64,000 bases of DNA from an uncultured euryarchaeote (GCA_964001175.1 CAXFAS010000007.1:9611-73610); one strand, 5' to 3'; positions 1 to 10,487 are shown, counted from the first letter of the stretch. Notes: generated from the sequence alone by a model not told the origin. Numbers and translations are program-made.

Positions 1-508
1 CCATCTCTCCTACCCAACGAACTCTTGGGTCATCACTCAATAACTCAAAAGACTGAATTGTATTTTCTGGTAATCTGGCAACAAAAGATCCCCCGCTTAG
101 AAAATCAAGAACTGAAAAGTCGTAATCAGATTCTAAGTCTCTGATTAAGTTATTATCTAGACTTTGCAATTGAATGATTACTAAACCTGTCTGAAGAGGG
201 ATATGGCTTTTTGCAATAACAAAATCAGAATGCGGGATTTGATCAACCAACGGATCGAAAGAAAATGAATCTAAGTGAATAATACTTGATTTAGAATCTA
301 GCCCAAAGCCGGTAAATGCTTCAGAATTTGCTAGGTGCCAATTCTCCGAAGCCAATTCTAATTTCTGCTGTTCAGTAAAATCCGTGCTTGGATTTTCTTC
401 AAGATTCAACTCATTATTTTGAGAGTCAAACGCTTTCATAAAAGCAGGTGAAAGTGAAGTTAACACCAGTAACGCCAACATAAAGAAGACACGACGATGG
501 GTCAACAT
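1..508 (-). CDS. secreted protein, N-terminal fragment running off the window start; possibly a subtilase-type propeptide region
   Basis: Own reverse-strand reading: ATG at 508-506, and the frame stays open to nt 2 (no tta/cta/tca triplets in that frame). It is absent from the ORF track because no stop lies in the window. N-terminus MLTHRRVFFMLALLVLTSLSPAFM looks like a signal peptide. The function guess is weak. Confidence 0.55.
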   Translation of the reverse strand, partial: MLTHRRVFFMLALLVLTSLSPAFMKAFDSQNNELNLEENPSTDFTEQQKLELASENWHLANSEAFTGFGLDSKSSIIHLDSFSFDPLVDQIPHSDFVIAKSHIPLQTGLVIIQLQSLDNNLIRDLESDYDFSVLDFLSGGSFVARLPENTIQSFELLSDDPRVRWVGEM

Positions 509-568
509 ATCATACCGCACCCCTGTGGTGTTTTTCAAAACAACCCTATAATGTCCATCAAATGCTCG

Positions 569-1681
569 TTAAATATTATTGTATTTTGATATTGCAGCAT
601 CGGTTTTGGCAACAGACTTCTTCCAGTCGGACTCAACACCTAGTAATGCTCTAATCGCATCGACATTTTCAGGAATAACATCTGATTCTTGATGTATTGC
701 TTGGAAGTAATATAGTGTATTATGTTCAAGTTTTACACCATCTGTCCAAACAAATATTTCATGTAAATCTCCCCATTTTCTTCCTATGTCTCTCGCAAAT
801 TCCATTACTTCAGCAGTAGTTGTAATACCTGTTTCATTTCCATTCATTAGTAAAACTCTTGGCTGCTCTTCCCACATTGAAATAACTTTTTCAGTTGTTA
901 AGCCATGACCTTCAGGCAATGTTGCAACAATAACGTGTACATGCATGATGGTGGTAGGAACTGCCACAGCCATGGAGTTAATCGAAATTTCAGGCTTCAC
1001 AGTCATTACATCAGGACCATGATGAGATGGTACTTTCAAAACAGGTTTAATTGCGTTAATAGGACCTTTGCTTGAATCACCGGGATCTGCTGCCCTTCTT
1101 ATCATAGTGCACTCGACTTTAAGTTCTCCACAATGTTCGTAAAGAGGCACAAGAGTACGAGAAAGTCCGGTAGTATTGCAAGAAACTACCCTGGTACCTT
1201 GAGCATTCATATTTTGCTCATGATTAGCGGATGAAGTGTATGACAACTCGGTCATAGCATGCTTTTCTCCGCCCTGGAAAATCCATTTTATATCTGCAGA
1301 TTGATACTTCTCTTTATTTGACGCACCAACTTTACCAGGTGAGCAATCTACTACCACATCAGCGATTGACAACAGGTCGGATAGACCACCATGACATTCA
1401 TATCCTGCATTGGAAAAAGCAGCAATACGGTCTGGGTCATCAAAAGTACAGTAAATGGGATATCCTTTTCTTACTGCTAAGTCACAACCAAAAGATGGGC
1501 GTGTCTTTGTAACGCCAACTATTTCCATATCATCTTGAGCATCAACAGCATCAGCTACTCTCTTTCCTATAGTTCCATATCCATTAATTGCTACCTTGAC
1601 GGTCAATCTCTCACCGGTTGACTGTCTTTGAAGTCCCTCTATTAACAAATCGTTCAAAAATACTGATAAGAAATCACCCAT
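569..1681 (-). CDS. gap: glyceraldehyde-3-phosphate dehydrogenase, archaeal type II
   Basis: VKVAINGYGTIGKRVADAV Rossmann motif and a SCNTTGL catalytic-Cys motif, ~340 aa core. About 29 aa lie upstream of the Rossmann strand, so the true start may be internal. Confidence 0.85.
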   Translation of the reverse strand: MGDFLSVFLNDLLIEGLQRQSTGERLTVKVAINGYGTIGKRVADAVDAQDDMEIVGVTKTRPSFGCDLAVRKGYPIYCTFDDPDRIAAFSNAGYECHGGLSDLLSIADVVVDCSPGKVGASNKEKYQSADIKWIFQGGEKHAMTELSYTSSANHEQNMNAQGTRVVSCNTTGLSRTLVPLYEHCGELKVECTMIRRAADPGDSSKGPINAIKPVLKVPSHHGPDVMTVKPEISINSMAVAVPTTIMHVHVIVATLPEGHGLTTEKVISMWEEQPRVLLMNGNETGITTTAEVMEFARDIGRKWGDLHEIFVWTDGVKLEHNTLYYFQAIHQESDVIPENVDAIRALLGVESDWKKSVAKTDAAISKYNNI

Positions 1682-1734
1682 TATACTTGAAACTTCAAAG
1701 AAAGTATATGTTCAAGATACTCCGAGATTGACTC

Positions 1735-3315
1735 ATGGCGGACGCTTTTGACGTAGTTGAGCGCTCATTTAGTATCAACTCAAAACTCGGTTCTAGACTT
1801 GTGGCTGCCGCTGAACAAAATGCAACGTTAAGAATTGGTTGGACTAATTCTGGTGAACCGGTACCTAAGAATGGGGAATTAGGATTATGCCCTGGCCTTC
1901 CCAAAAAATCCAAGTTAAGGGCTTTAGGTGTTCTCGGTTCATGGGTTGCTGCATTTGGCAATGGTGGTTCTTTTACCATTCAAGGAGACTGTGGTTCTTT
2001 TCTTGGAGCAGGAAACGATGGAAATGTTATAATTTGTGAAAGGAGTTCGGGGAATTATTCTGGATTCGCAATGAAATCAGGAAAAATTTCGATTCTAGAT
2101 GGAACGGGTAACGATGCAGGATCGTGTATGAGTGGCGGTTTATTATCGATAAGAGGTAATGCTGGAAACCGTATTGGCGGTGGAATGACTGGTGGCTTAA
2201 TCGTTATTGATGGTGATGTCGGAAATGACCCCGGCGCTGGAATGACTGGTGGTAGAATAATCATCAATGGAAGATGTCCAAATCCACCAGAAGGTGTGTC
2301 TCTCCGCCCACTTACCGCTGCAGAGCAAAAAGAAATAAACAAACAACTAGATGATAAAGACTATGAAATTCCAAAGGATGCTATTTGCTTAGAATCAAGT
2401 GGTGTGAAAACCGAACAATTTAGAGAAAGTTTGGCCTCATTAGGCGATTTATCCGGTATTGGTTTAGTCCCCACAGATGAAATTAAGAAAATGCACTATG
2501 TTACTTGTGACACTGTTTCTTTGATTGGGGAAAGGGGAAATGAAAACACTCCAATCGCATTGCCTCTTCCGTTAATTCCAGTTATTGATGATGCTGAAAT
2601 TCTAACCCTACCGAAAGATACTGACACAGAGCTAGAACAGCACTTAACCAAGCAACCTTTCATGGTAAGAAGCAACCCTAGAAATAATGATTTTTTAATA
2701 ATCGATCAGTATAATCTTTCAGAGATTTCTAAATTCATAGTTGAGTCAGGCGGTTTTGTAGTCGACTTATCATCTCTTCCCAGTATGAATTCAGAGGAAA
2801 TTGATGGAATACTAGTTGCTCTACGTTCTCTTTGTGGAAAAGAAAAACCATTTGCTATGCTTAACGACATCGGTAGAGTTAATTCACTACATGTTAGAGC
2901 AGCATATCATAACGCTGATTTAGTAATTTGTAAAATCGAAGATGGCTCTGGAATCTCTGAAGCAGCATCACTTCCACTGATTGGTAGAAGCAGTAGAGAA
3001 AATCTATCTAGTAGCGATACTGATTCGGGAATTGTTCTTGGTTTTTCTGCTGATGCAAAAGATTTAGCCATACTTTCTGCTACAGGAATAAAGGTAGTAT
3101 GTTGTGAAGTGCCTATGGTAGATGCGATGGATTTAGCATTATGGCTTCAAGGTTTAAACCGAGGTTTATCTGATATTTTGAGGAATTTAGGGCTAGAATC
3201 CATCGATGGATTGGGTCGTCAAAATCTAAGAGCACTCGATTATGAAACAGCTGCAGTAAGTGGTCTAAGATTATCTGGATATGAACGTCCATTACCACAC
3301 TGGTTCGCGAGATGA
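1735..3315 (+). CDS. GXGXG-motif protein (glutamate synthase alpha-subunit C-terminal / FwdC-like beta-helix domain) with an uncharacterised ~300 aa C-terminal half
   Basis: Repeated G-x-G-x-G turns in aa ~85-190 (GNGGSFTIQGDCGSFLGAGNDGN ... GNAGNRIGGGMTGGLIVIDGDVGNDPGAGMTGGRIIING). I saw no GATase or FMN-domain motifs. Confidence 0.6.
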   Translation: MADAFDVVERSFSINSKLGSRLVAAAEQNATLRIGWTNSGEPVPKNGELGLCPGLPKKSKLRALGVLGSWVAAFGNGGSFTIQGDCGSFLGAGNDGNVIICERSSGNYSGFAMKSGKISILDGTGNDAGSCMSGGLLSIRGNAGNRIGGGMTGGLIVIDGDVGNDPGAGMTGGRIIINGRCPNPPEGVSLRPLTAAEQKEINKQLDDKDYEIPKDAICLESSGVKTEQFRESLASLGDLSGIGLVPTDEIKKMHYVTCDTVSLIGERGNENTPIALPLPLIPVIDDAEILTLPKDTDTELEQHLTKQPFMVRSNPRNNDFLIIDQYNLSEISKFIVESGGFVVDLSSLPSMNSEEIDGILVALRSLCGKEKPFAMLNDIGRVNSLHVRAAYHNADLVICKIEDGSGISEAASLPLIGRSSRENLSSSDTDSGIVLGFSADAKDLAILSATGIKVVCCEVPMVDAMDLALWLQGLNRGLSDILRNLGLESIDGLGRQNLRALDYETAAVSGLRLSGYERPLPHWFAR

Positions 3316-3324
3316 GGAGATATA

Positions 3325-5010
3325 ATGCCAACTATTTCAGTAGAACAAAGTCTGTTAAACCAGATTATGGAAAAACATGGTTTTGTTCATGACATTGGAG
3401 TTCTTGCAGACCAGTTGCCACTTCTAGGCACGGATATTGATTCATGTAATGAAACAGTTTTGGACATAGAAATTTTCCCAAATAGACCGGATTTATTATC
3501 TGGTGAAACTCTGGCAAGAGCGATTAGAAATTTCATCCATCACGAAGATGCGAAGCCAGATTTGGAAGTAGTTAAAGGGGAGATTTCTTTGACTGTGTCT
3601 CCTGAATTGCGTGACATAAGACCAGTGATTTTAGGTGCTGTTGTTCGAGGAGTTAAGTTAGATGAGGATGACATAGATTCATTCATCAAATCATTGATGG
3701 ACCACCAAGAAAAATTGCACTTCGCCCTAGGACGTGGAAGAAAAAGAGCCTCAATCGGAGTTCATGATTTGAGTAGCATAAAACCACCGTTTCATGTAAA
3801 GGCTGTATCAGGAAATACCAAATTTATTCCATTGGCTATGGATGAACCGATGTCGATAAATCAAATACTCGAAAACCACCCTAAGGGGATAGATTATGCA
3901 CATCTGCTGGATGGGTTTGACTTATTCCCGGTAATAGTTGACTCAAATGATTCTATTCTATCATTCCCCCCAATAATTAACGGAAGCCATACCACAGTGG
4001 GTAATGAAACTCGAGACTTTTTCATCGATGTCACAGGTTGGGATTTACGGTCCTGCGAGTCTAGTTTAATGCTAATAGCATCTCAACTTTCTGAACGCGG
4101 AGGAATTATTGAATCTGTAGAGGTTACCAGTCATGATGGAAATATAGGCAACTATCCAAATGGTAAGGCAGTTTCTCATAAATTACCGTGTGAAATTCTT
4201 GATGGTTTGCTAGGAAGAAAATTAACTGACGACGAAATATCAGTTGCAATAAATAGAATGGGAGGCAAGTTTATCTCCCGAAATGAAGGTGAAATTTCTT
4301 TAGAAATGCCAAGATGGAGATTTGATATCCTACATCATGTTGATTTGGTCGAAGAGATTGCTATTGGGCACGGATATGAAGATCTAGGAACTGATGTTCC
4401 TAAAGCCCCCATGACTTCAATTGCTAGAAGTGATGGAAACTTACGAAGAAGAATTCGTGACTCTATGCAAGGTCTTGGACTTATGCAGATTCAATCCTTG
4501 ACTCTATCAAATGATGATGATCAATTCAATTTTATGCGTTTCCAACCAGTGGGAGAGGTCACTAGAATTACCAATCCAATCACAATTGATCACACCCTGC
4601 TTCGACAGTATCTCACTCCAGGATTACTAAGATTATTATCGACTAATCAACACCATAATCTTCCGCAGAGTGTTTACGAGTTGGGAACTGTAGTTAGAGA
4701 CCATGAAAACAGTGACAGAGTGGCATTTTTAGTTGCTGAAAGGAGCGGGGGTTTTGCTGCAGTTAGAGGAAGAGTGCAAGCATTCATGCGAGACTTAGGT
4801 TCTAATGACTATGTAATTGAGAAGCTTCCTGACGGAGAAGGACCTTGGCTCGCAGGACGTTCAGCCAAAGTCTCAGTAGCAGGCTTACATGTTGGCTGCT
4901 TTGGGGAAATCGATCCATTTGTTGCTGAATGTTTTGACCTCAAAGTACCAATTAGTGGAGCTGAATTTTCTCTAACTAATTTGGAAACTGCAATTTCAGA
5001 TCCAGTTTAA
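3325..5010 (+). CDS. pheT: phenylalanine--tRNA ligase beta subunit, archaeal type
   Basis: 561 aa. N-terminal MPTISVEQSLL...LPLLGTDIDS...IEIFPNRPDLLS and the B3/4-B5 domain layout are typical of archaeal PheT. Confidence 0.85.
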   Translation: MPTISVEQSLLNQIMEKHGFVHDIGVLADQLPLLGTDIDSCNETVLDIEIFPNRPDLLSGETLARAIRNFIHHEDAKPDLEVVKGEISLTVSPELRDIRPVILGAVVRGVKLDEDDIDSFIKSLMDHQEKLHFALGRGRKRASIGVHDLSSIKPPFHVKAVSGNTKFIPLAMDEPMSINQILENHPKGIDYAHLLDGFDLFPVIVDSNDSILSFPPIINGSHTTVGNETRDFFIDVTGWDLRSCESSLMLIASQLSERGGIIESVEVTSHDGNIGNYPNGKAVSHKLPCEILDGLLGRKLTDDEISVAINRMGGKFISRNEGEISLEMPRWRFDILHHVDLVEEIAIGHGYEDLGTDVPKAPMTSIARSDGNLRRRIRDSMQGLGLMQIQSLTLSNDDDQFNFMRFQPVGEVTRITNPITIDHTLLRQYLTPGLLRLLSTNQHHNLPQSVYELGTVVRDHENSDRVAFLVAERSGGFAAVRGRVQAFMRDLGSNDYVIEKLPDGEGPWLAGRSAKVSVAGLHVGCFGEIDPFVAECFDLKVPISGAEFSLTNLETAISDPV

Positions 5011-5013
5011 TTA

Positions 5014-5018
5014 TTTTT
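5014..5018 (+). terminator. oligo-T tract directly after the pheT stop (candidate archaeal terminator)
   Basis: taa ttaTTTTTga: a T5 run 4 nt after the stop. Archaeal termination commonly uses oligo-T tracts. The call is weak because the spacer is only 56 nt. Confidence 0.2.
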
Positions 5019-5066
5019 GAATCAAAACATGCGAGTATTTCAAGAGATTAACTCGCTAGCGGGTAT

Positions 5067-7535
5067 ATGAGCAGGTTTCTAGTCCTACTACTAGTTATGA
5101 CAATCCTCTCACCTCTGAGTTTAGTATACGCTGAAAATAATCGAGATTCTAGCTTTGCAGGAGTAAACTCGCCTGAACAGATAATCATTCATAGAAGTGA
5201 ATCTCTTGAAATACCAATTACAATTCAAAATACCGAGCAATATACACAAACCTATTCTTTGAATCTAATTAGTGCTGAATCAAACCTCACCACAATTGGA
5301 CTACCAATTCAATATACTCTAGACTCAAACCAACTTAGGCAAGTTAAATTCACACTATCATGTGATTCTAATGCAGGTTATCAAACTAGTCAACTTAGTC
5401 TTAATTTGACCAATGATGTGAATTCTGATGAATACCTAGTAATAAATATTGAAATCATGGTATTGCCACAATCAGATCTTGATTTTGGAGTCGATGGTGT
5501 TTCTCAGTTTGTAGTAGACCCAAATGTTCAGACAAATCTTGCAGTAAATATAACCAATAATGGAGTTTATTCTGATGATGTTACTTACAGCCTCACAACC
5601 CAGTCATCATGGCAATGGGGATGGACTATGAATCAGACCAGTGGAGATGACGCATTTGAAACGCTAGTCTCAGGACAATTAGCCTATGTTTATCTGTGGG
5701 TCAAAGTTCCATCCGTAATAGATGGTTCGCCACTACTTAACACTGGACCAAGGTTTACATTAACAGCCACTTCGAGTTTGGATTATGTTCAATCCCAATG
5801 GTCTTTTGATTTATTGATGAGCGAGTTTAGAAATATTTCAATTGATTCAACTAGTGAAAATCTCACCTTAGATCCTTTAGCGAATGATAGATTAAGCGTT
5901 ACAGTAAGGAACGTTGGTAATTTAGATAATAAAATAGATATTACGCTTGAAGCAATAGATGAATTAGGTCAATCAATCATAGAGGTACCAGTTTCTGATA
6001 GAATAGAATTTAATGGATGGACTGTGGCCCTATTCGGTGCAAAAGAAAATATTGCATTACAACCAAATGAAGCACGAACTTTTGAGGTAGGTTTCCAAGC
6101 ACCGGATGAATATTTTGGCTCATTTGATGTTAGAATAAAGGCATATCCTATTGGAGCTGTTTCTAGAACTTATACTACTGATGTTAGTGCAGATATAGAG
6201 TGGATTCGTTCAGCCAATATTGAGTTGATCAATGAAGACTGTTTAGCACTTCTTCCAGGAGAAAATTGTCAATCATATTTCACGATAGAAAACCTAGGTA
6301 ATGCGAAAGATGTATTTGAAATTAAATCTAGTGATGTACCTAACTTCCTAACAACTGATTTAAGCGCTACAACTATTGAACTTCAGAAGGGTGAGGCTAA
6401 AACAACTGAAATGTTCAGTATTTCATCGAATCAAAATGTTCTAGCATTTGAAAATGGAAATGTTACATTTGATTTGATTTATGCGGACACTAAAGAAATT
6501 GTCCAACAGATATCTGTACCTGTAATCATCGCTCCAAAAATTAGTTGGAGTTTAGAAAGTATAGTTGAAGAAGTTGATGCTAATGGCAGACTTTCAATTG
6601 CAATGACTCTGCGTAATGATGGAAATGCTATTGACGGATTAATTGTTCAATTGGAATGTTCTCATTCTACTGAAATGGCATTTATTCCTCCGAATAATGC
6701 AATCTTAGAGGAGGGAATTGAGTTACCGCGTTCTTTTGAAATTAACGATCTCCCGCTCGGTTCCAACTTTACAATTAGAGCTTGGGCTGATTTACCACAA
6801 GATTTGTCAAGCAACGGAACTCTGTATCTAAATACCTCGATTCGTTCACGATTCGCCCCTGATATGCCTTTCATCTTTACATCTTCAGGAGACTATCTCG
6901 GTGAGAGTTGGGCGGTAGATGAGGAAAGTGATTCAGGTTTTGACATTATTGAGTTTGCATCAAATATACTTCAAATTACCAAATCTTGGTCACTAATTAT
7001 TTTATCAATTGTTATTTCAGGTGTGATATTGAATAAGTCTTTGCGAGATAGGAAAATTAGAAAAGAGGACGAAGCAATAAGGCAATCAATGTATCAAAAA
7101 GAGGCTCCAGAAAAGGTCCAAGATTGGATGGAAAAATTTAATCAAAAAAACACCAATGATGAGGAAGTGATTCAATCAAAGCAGATACCTGCTGACACTT
7201 TTCAGAATGCTTTTAGAGCAAAAGCAGGACTACCTCAACAAGCATCAAATCCAGTTGAAGAGCCACTTAGGAAAGCGGCCTCAATGGTATTAGACGTCCA
7301 TGATAAATCGATGGTTTTAGATACTGCAGATGAATTACTTGCAGAAATTAAAACAAAGGGAATTGCCAGACCTAATGTTAACAATCAATCTCTTGAAATG
7401 AAACCGGTTGAGACTAGCATTACGTCTCGTAAAGATCCAAAGAATATTATCCGTAAAAATGATAATTCCCTCCCTACTAATACTGAATCGGTACCTCTGC
7501 CTGTTACCGAAGATGATGATGATTTAGATTTTTGA
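5067..7535 (+). CDS. surface protein with signal peptide, repeated CARDB/NEW3-like beta-sandwich modules, C-terminal TM anchor and ~170 aa cytoplasmic tail
   Basis: MSRFLVLLLVMTILSPLSLVYA signal peptide. Recurrent module openers (LAVNITNNGVYSDDVTYSL, LSVTVRNVGNLDNKIDITLEA, FTIENLGNAKDVFEIKS, MTLRNDGNAIDGLIVQLE). TM segment WSLIILSIVISGVIL and an acidic end DDDDLDF. Confidence 0.75.
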   Translation: MSRFLVLLLVMTILSPLSLVYAENNRDSSFAGVNSPEQIIIHRSESLEIPITIQNTEQYTQTYSLNLISAESNLTTIGLPIQYTLDSNQLRQVKFTLSCDSNAGYQTSQLSLNLTNDVNSDEYLVINIEIMVLPQSDLDFGVDGVSQFVVDPNVQTNLAVNITNNGVYSDDVTYSLTTQSSWQWGWTMNQTSGDDAFETLVSGQLAYVYLWVKVPSVIDGSPLLNTGPRFTLTATSSLDYVQSQWSFDLLMSEFRNISIDSTSENLTLDPLANDRLSVTVRNVGNLDNKIDITLEAIDELGQSIIEVPVSDRIEFNGWTVALFGAKENIALQPNEARTFEVGFQAPDEYFGSFDVRIKAYPIGAVSRTYTTDVSADIEWIRSANIELINEDCLALLPGENCQSYFTIENLGNAKDVFEIKSSDVPNFLTTDLSATTIELQKGEAKTTEMFSISSNQNVLAFENGNVTFDLIYADTKEIVQQISVPVIIAPKISWSLESIVEEVDANGRLSIAMTLRNDGNAIDGLIVQLECSHSTEMAFIPPNNAILEEGIELPRSFEINDLPLGSNFTIRAWADLPQDLSSNGTLYLNTSIRSRFAPDMPFIFTSSGDYLGESWAVDEESDSGFDIIEFASNILQITKSWSLIILSIVISGVILNKSLRDRKIRKEDEAIRQSMYQKEAPEKVQDWMEKFNQKNTNDEEVIQSKQIPADTFQNAFRAKAGLPQQASNPVEEPLRKAASMVLDVHDKSMVLDTADELLAEIKTKGIARPNVNNQSLEMKPVETSITSRKDPKNIIRKNDNSLPTNTESVPLPVTEDDDDLDF

Positions 7536-7540
7536 TAGAT

Positions 7541-8260
7541 ATGTGGAAAATTGGTGTTGATGAAGCGGGCAGGGGCCCTGTTATTGGGCCATTGGTAGTT
7601 TGTGCCGTTGCAATACCACTTGATCAATATGATTTTTTGAAATCGGCAGGAGTTAAAGATTCCAAGTTTCTTACTAAAAAAAAGAGAAAAGAATTAGAAG
7701 AATGGTTTAAACAGAATTCCAAGACTAAGCAATGGCACTATAATTTGATAATTTGTCATCCAGAAAGAATCGACTCATCTTCGAAAAATCAAGGTTTAAA
7801 TGTACTTGAAACTGAATTATTTGCTGAAGCGATAAACGGCTTACCGGATGATGTTAAACAATCTGTCCAAATACTAAATGATGCTTGTGACGTAAAGCCA
7901 CAACGATTCACTGATAGAATCGCAAATCAATTGAAATCATGGCCATGGAAAGACTCTACTATCATTAGTGAACATAAGGCGGATGAGACTGACCCATTCG
8001 TTGGAATGGCAAGTATATTAGCCAAAGAAAAGCGTGACATGTGTGTCGAGGAAATTTCTGCAGAGGTGGGTTTTTCAGTAGGCTCAGGCTACCCTAGTGA
8101 CCCAAATACAAAGAACATATTACCTAAATTACTTGAAAATAATCCGCATCCACAGTTGAGATGGAGTTGGGTAACAGTCGAAAGGGAGTGGAAAAAAATT
8201 CATGATAAAGAATTACCAAAAAGAAATAGCCCCCCAAAAAATCAGTCTACTTTGTTCTAA
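7541..8260 (+). CDS. rnhB: ribonuclease HII
   Basis: MWKIGVDEAGRGPVIGPLVV catalytic DEAGRG motif. The track ORF starts at TTG 7532, overlapping the upstream stop. ATG 7541 gives the canonical N-terminus. Confidence 0.85.
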   Translation: MWKIGVDEAGRGPVIGPLVVCAVAIPLDQYDFLKSAGVKDSKFLTKKKRKELEEWFKQNSKTKQWHYNLIICHPERIDSSSKNQGLNVLETELFAEAINGLPDDVKQSVQILNDACDVKPQRFTDRIANQLKSWPWKDSTIISEHKADETDPFVGMASILAKEKRDMCVEEISAEVGFSVGSGYPSDPNTKNILPKLLENNPHPQLRWSWVTVEREWKKIHDKELPKRNSPPKNQSTLF

Positions 8261-8267
8261 AAATTCA

Positions 8268-8274
8268 TTTTTTT
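8268..8274 (+). terminator. T7 tract 8 nt after the rnhB stop (candidate archaeal terminator)
   Basis: taaaaattcaTTTTTTTcc seen directly. It ends a co-oriented gene run (1735-8260). Confidence 0.35.
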
Positions 8275-8318
8275 CCAAGCATTTGATGAAGTATTGGCAT
8301 TAGGGGTGTTTGAATCCC

Positions 8319-10031
8319 ATGTCATGGACACCTGATGATAAGACCCTTGACCTCATTAGACATACTGCTATTCAAAACGCAATAGAATATGAGGGTAAGG
8401 CGAATCCAGGCTCTGTAATAGGTAGAATAATGGGCATGAATACAGAATTGCGCCCGCATGGTAAACTGATTAGTCCCTTGATTGCAAAGGCTGTTAGTGA
8501 GGCTAATTCACTTGCACAGTCAGAAGGAATTGAACATCTTAGAGAAATACTCGATAATGAAGCACCACATTTACTTGAAAAGCGAGAAAAGAAGGAACGG
8601 CGAACTGGACTTCCTGAACTATCCAATGCTAAAAAAGGAAAGGTGGTCTTGAGATTTGCACCTAATCCAAATGGCCCTCTATCCTTCGGACATGCACGTG
8701 GTATCGTGATAAACGGTACATATGCTAAACAATTTGATGGAGAATTAATACTTCGGTTCGATGACACTGATACTTCTGTCAAACCACCCTTAATTGAAGC
8801 ATACAAAGAAATTCCTAATGAGGCTGAGTGGCTGCTAGGATTCAAGCCACATAGGATTGTCATTGCTAGCGATCGATTAGACAATTACTACGATTATGCT
8901 AAGCAGATGCTTGAGCAAGGGTTTGGGTATGTTTGTACCTGTAGTGCCGAGGAATTTCGTCAATTTAGAATCGATAAGATAAATTGCAATTGCAGAGGAC
9001 AAAGTGAAAATTTGAACATCGAAATGTGGGGTAAGATGCTTGATGGAACTTTCAAACCTGGAGATGCAGTTGTTCGGGTCAAGACAGGAATGGAACTAAA
9101 GAACCCTGCTTTAAGAGATTGGCCAGCACTTAGAATTCAAGACACTGAAAAAAATCCACATCCAAGAAAGGAAATTGGTTCCAAATATCGTGTTTGGCCA
9201 CTTCTTGATTTCCAAAGTGCTGTTGAAGACTACCTACAAGGCGTAACTCATATTATTAGAGGAAAGGATTTGATGGACTCTACTAGAAAGCAAACATTAC
9301 TGTACCAACATTTCAACTGGAAATATCCCGAAACAATGTATTGGGGTAGAGTTAAAGTCCACGAATGGGGCGGATTTTCAACTTCACAAATGCGAAAAGA
9401 TATAGAAAATGGGATGTTTGAAGGATGGGATGACCCAAGACTTCCAACAATATCTGCATTGAAGAAAAGGGGGATAAAAGCAGAAGCTCTTAGGCAATTT
9501 TGGATCGAACTAGGTGTGACTCAAAAGGATATTTCTGTCCCTCTAGCCACTCTTTATTCTCACAATACTAAGCAAATAGACGATTCAGCACCGAGGATTT
9601 CTTTCGTAAGAAATCCAAAAATGATTCAGCTCCAAGGAAATCATCCAAAATCTATTTCATTCCCAGTTCACCCAAATGTTGAATCTATGGGTGAAAGACA
9701 AATTAGTATTTCCAGTTCAAAAGTTTACATCGAAAATATGGACTTTGAGAAGAAGGAGATTAGACTTAAGGGATTTGCAGATTTTAATTTATCTGGAGAT
9801 TCCGCCAACTATATTTCAACCGAGCGTAGCGACAAAAGAGCAATAGTCCACTGGGTTTCAGAGGATGATAAACTTGAAGCAACTCTAATTTCTACCGAAG
9901 ATGGAACGTTAAATAGAATAAATGGATTGATAGAGAGACATGATTATGAAATCGGAACAATTGTTCAACTCGAAAGAATCGGTTATGGAATCATATTGGA
10001 TAAAGATACAATTTTGTTTACCCATCAGTAG
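8319..10031 (+). CDS. gltX: glutamate--tRNA ligase, archaeal/eukaryotic-type class I
   Basis: RFAPNPNGPLSFGHARG (HIGH-region variant), LRFDDTD and WPLLDFQSAVEDYLQGVTHIIRGKD motifs. The track start is TTG 8310, and ATG 8319 is an alternative. Confidence 0.85.
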   Translation: MSWTPDDKTLDLIRHTAIQNAIEYEGKANPGSVIGRIMGMNTELRPHGKLISPLIAKAVSEANSLAQSEGIEHLREILDNEAPHLLEKREKKERRTGLPELSNAKKGKVVLRFAPNPNGPLSFGHARGIVINGTYAKQFDGELILRFDDTDTSVKPPLIEAYKEIPNEAEWLLGFKPHRIVIASDRLDNYYDYAKQMLEQGFGYVCTCSAEEFRQFRIDKINCNCRGQSENLNIEMWGKMLDGTFKPGDAVVRVKTGMELKNPALRDWPALRIQDTEKNPHPRKEIGSKYRVWPLLDFQSAVEDYLQGVTHIIRGKDLMDSTRKQTLLYQHFNWKYPETMYWGRVKVHEWGGFSTSQMRKDIENGMFEGWDDPRLPTISALKKRGIKAEALRQFWIELGVTQKDISVPLATLYSHNTKQIDDSAPRISFVRNPKMIQLQGNHPKSISFPVHPNVESMGERQISISSSKVYIENMDFEKKEIRLKGFADFNLSGDSANYISTERSDKRAIVHWVSEDDKLEATLISTEDGTLNRINGLIERHDYEIGTIVQLERIGYGIILDKDTILFTHQ

Positions 10032-10052
10032 GGTAACTATCAAATCCAAGTT

Positions 10053-10487
10053 ATGTTAGCGTTAGTTATGACACAGCCAGTTAAGACCATATCAGAACTC
10101 AATCTAAATGATGAGCATATTACTGTCGGAGTAGATGATACTCTAAAAGAAGGTGCTAAGAGACTGCTTTCTGTACCAGGTGGCGTTTTGATTGTGCTAG
10201 ATGATGAATCGAGAGTGAAGGGTGTAATGGGTTACAAGCAATTTCTTCATGCCATAGATCAAGGAATGGATACTAATTCAGTTAAGTGTCGAGAATTGAT
10301 GGAAATGGATTTTATGGAAGTGAAAAATTCCGATAATCTGAAAGATGTTCTAAAATCGATTAAGAAAAGGAGTCCACAAGCAGTAGTTTCTGTTGATGAA
10401 AATGGAGAATTTTCAGGCTATTTCTCTCCTAGTGATTACAAAGAATCTAGAGCAATCGTGAAATCACTTAAATCATTAAAACTTTGA
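10053..10487 (+). CDS. CBS-domain pair protein
   Basis: 144 aa with two CBS-like units (VLIVLDDESRVKGVMG..., AVVSVDENGEFSGYFSPSDY). Confidence 0.65.
   Translation: MLALVMTQPVKTISELNLNDEHITVGVDDTLKEGAKRLLSVPGGVLIVLDDESRVKGVMGYKQFLHAIDQGMDTNSVKCRELMEMDFMEVKNSDNLKDVLKSIKKRSPQAVVSVDENGEFSGYFSPSDYKESRAIVKSLKSLKL

Noticed and set aside
8372-8884. 170-aa ORF antisense to gltX. Similar antisense or out-of-frame ORFs occur at 1318-1512, 1695-1979, 2055-2342, 3113-3331, 13403-13828, 15508-15846, 31788-32261, 33556-33870, 49716-50090, 54171-54578, 55343-55693 and 60882-61268.
   Set aside because: All lie entirely within long ORFs that carry clear family motifs or signal-peptide/TM architecture on the other strand or frame. 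Their translations are low-complexity, Ser/Leu/Pro-rich shadow products, so I treat them as non-coding.
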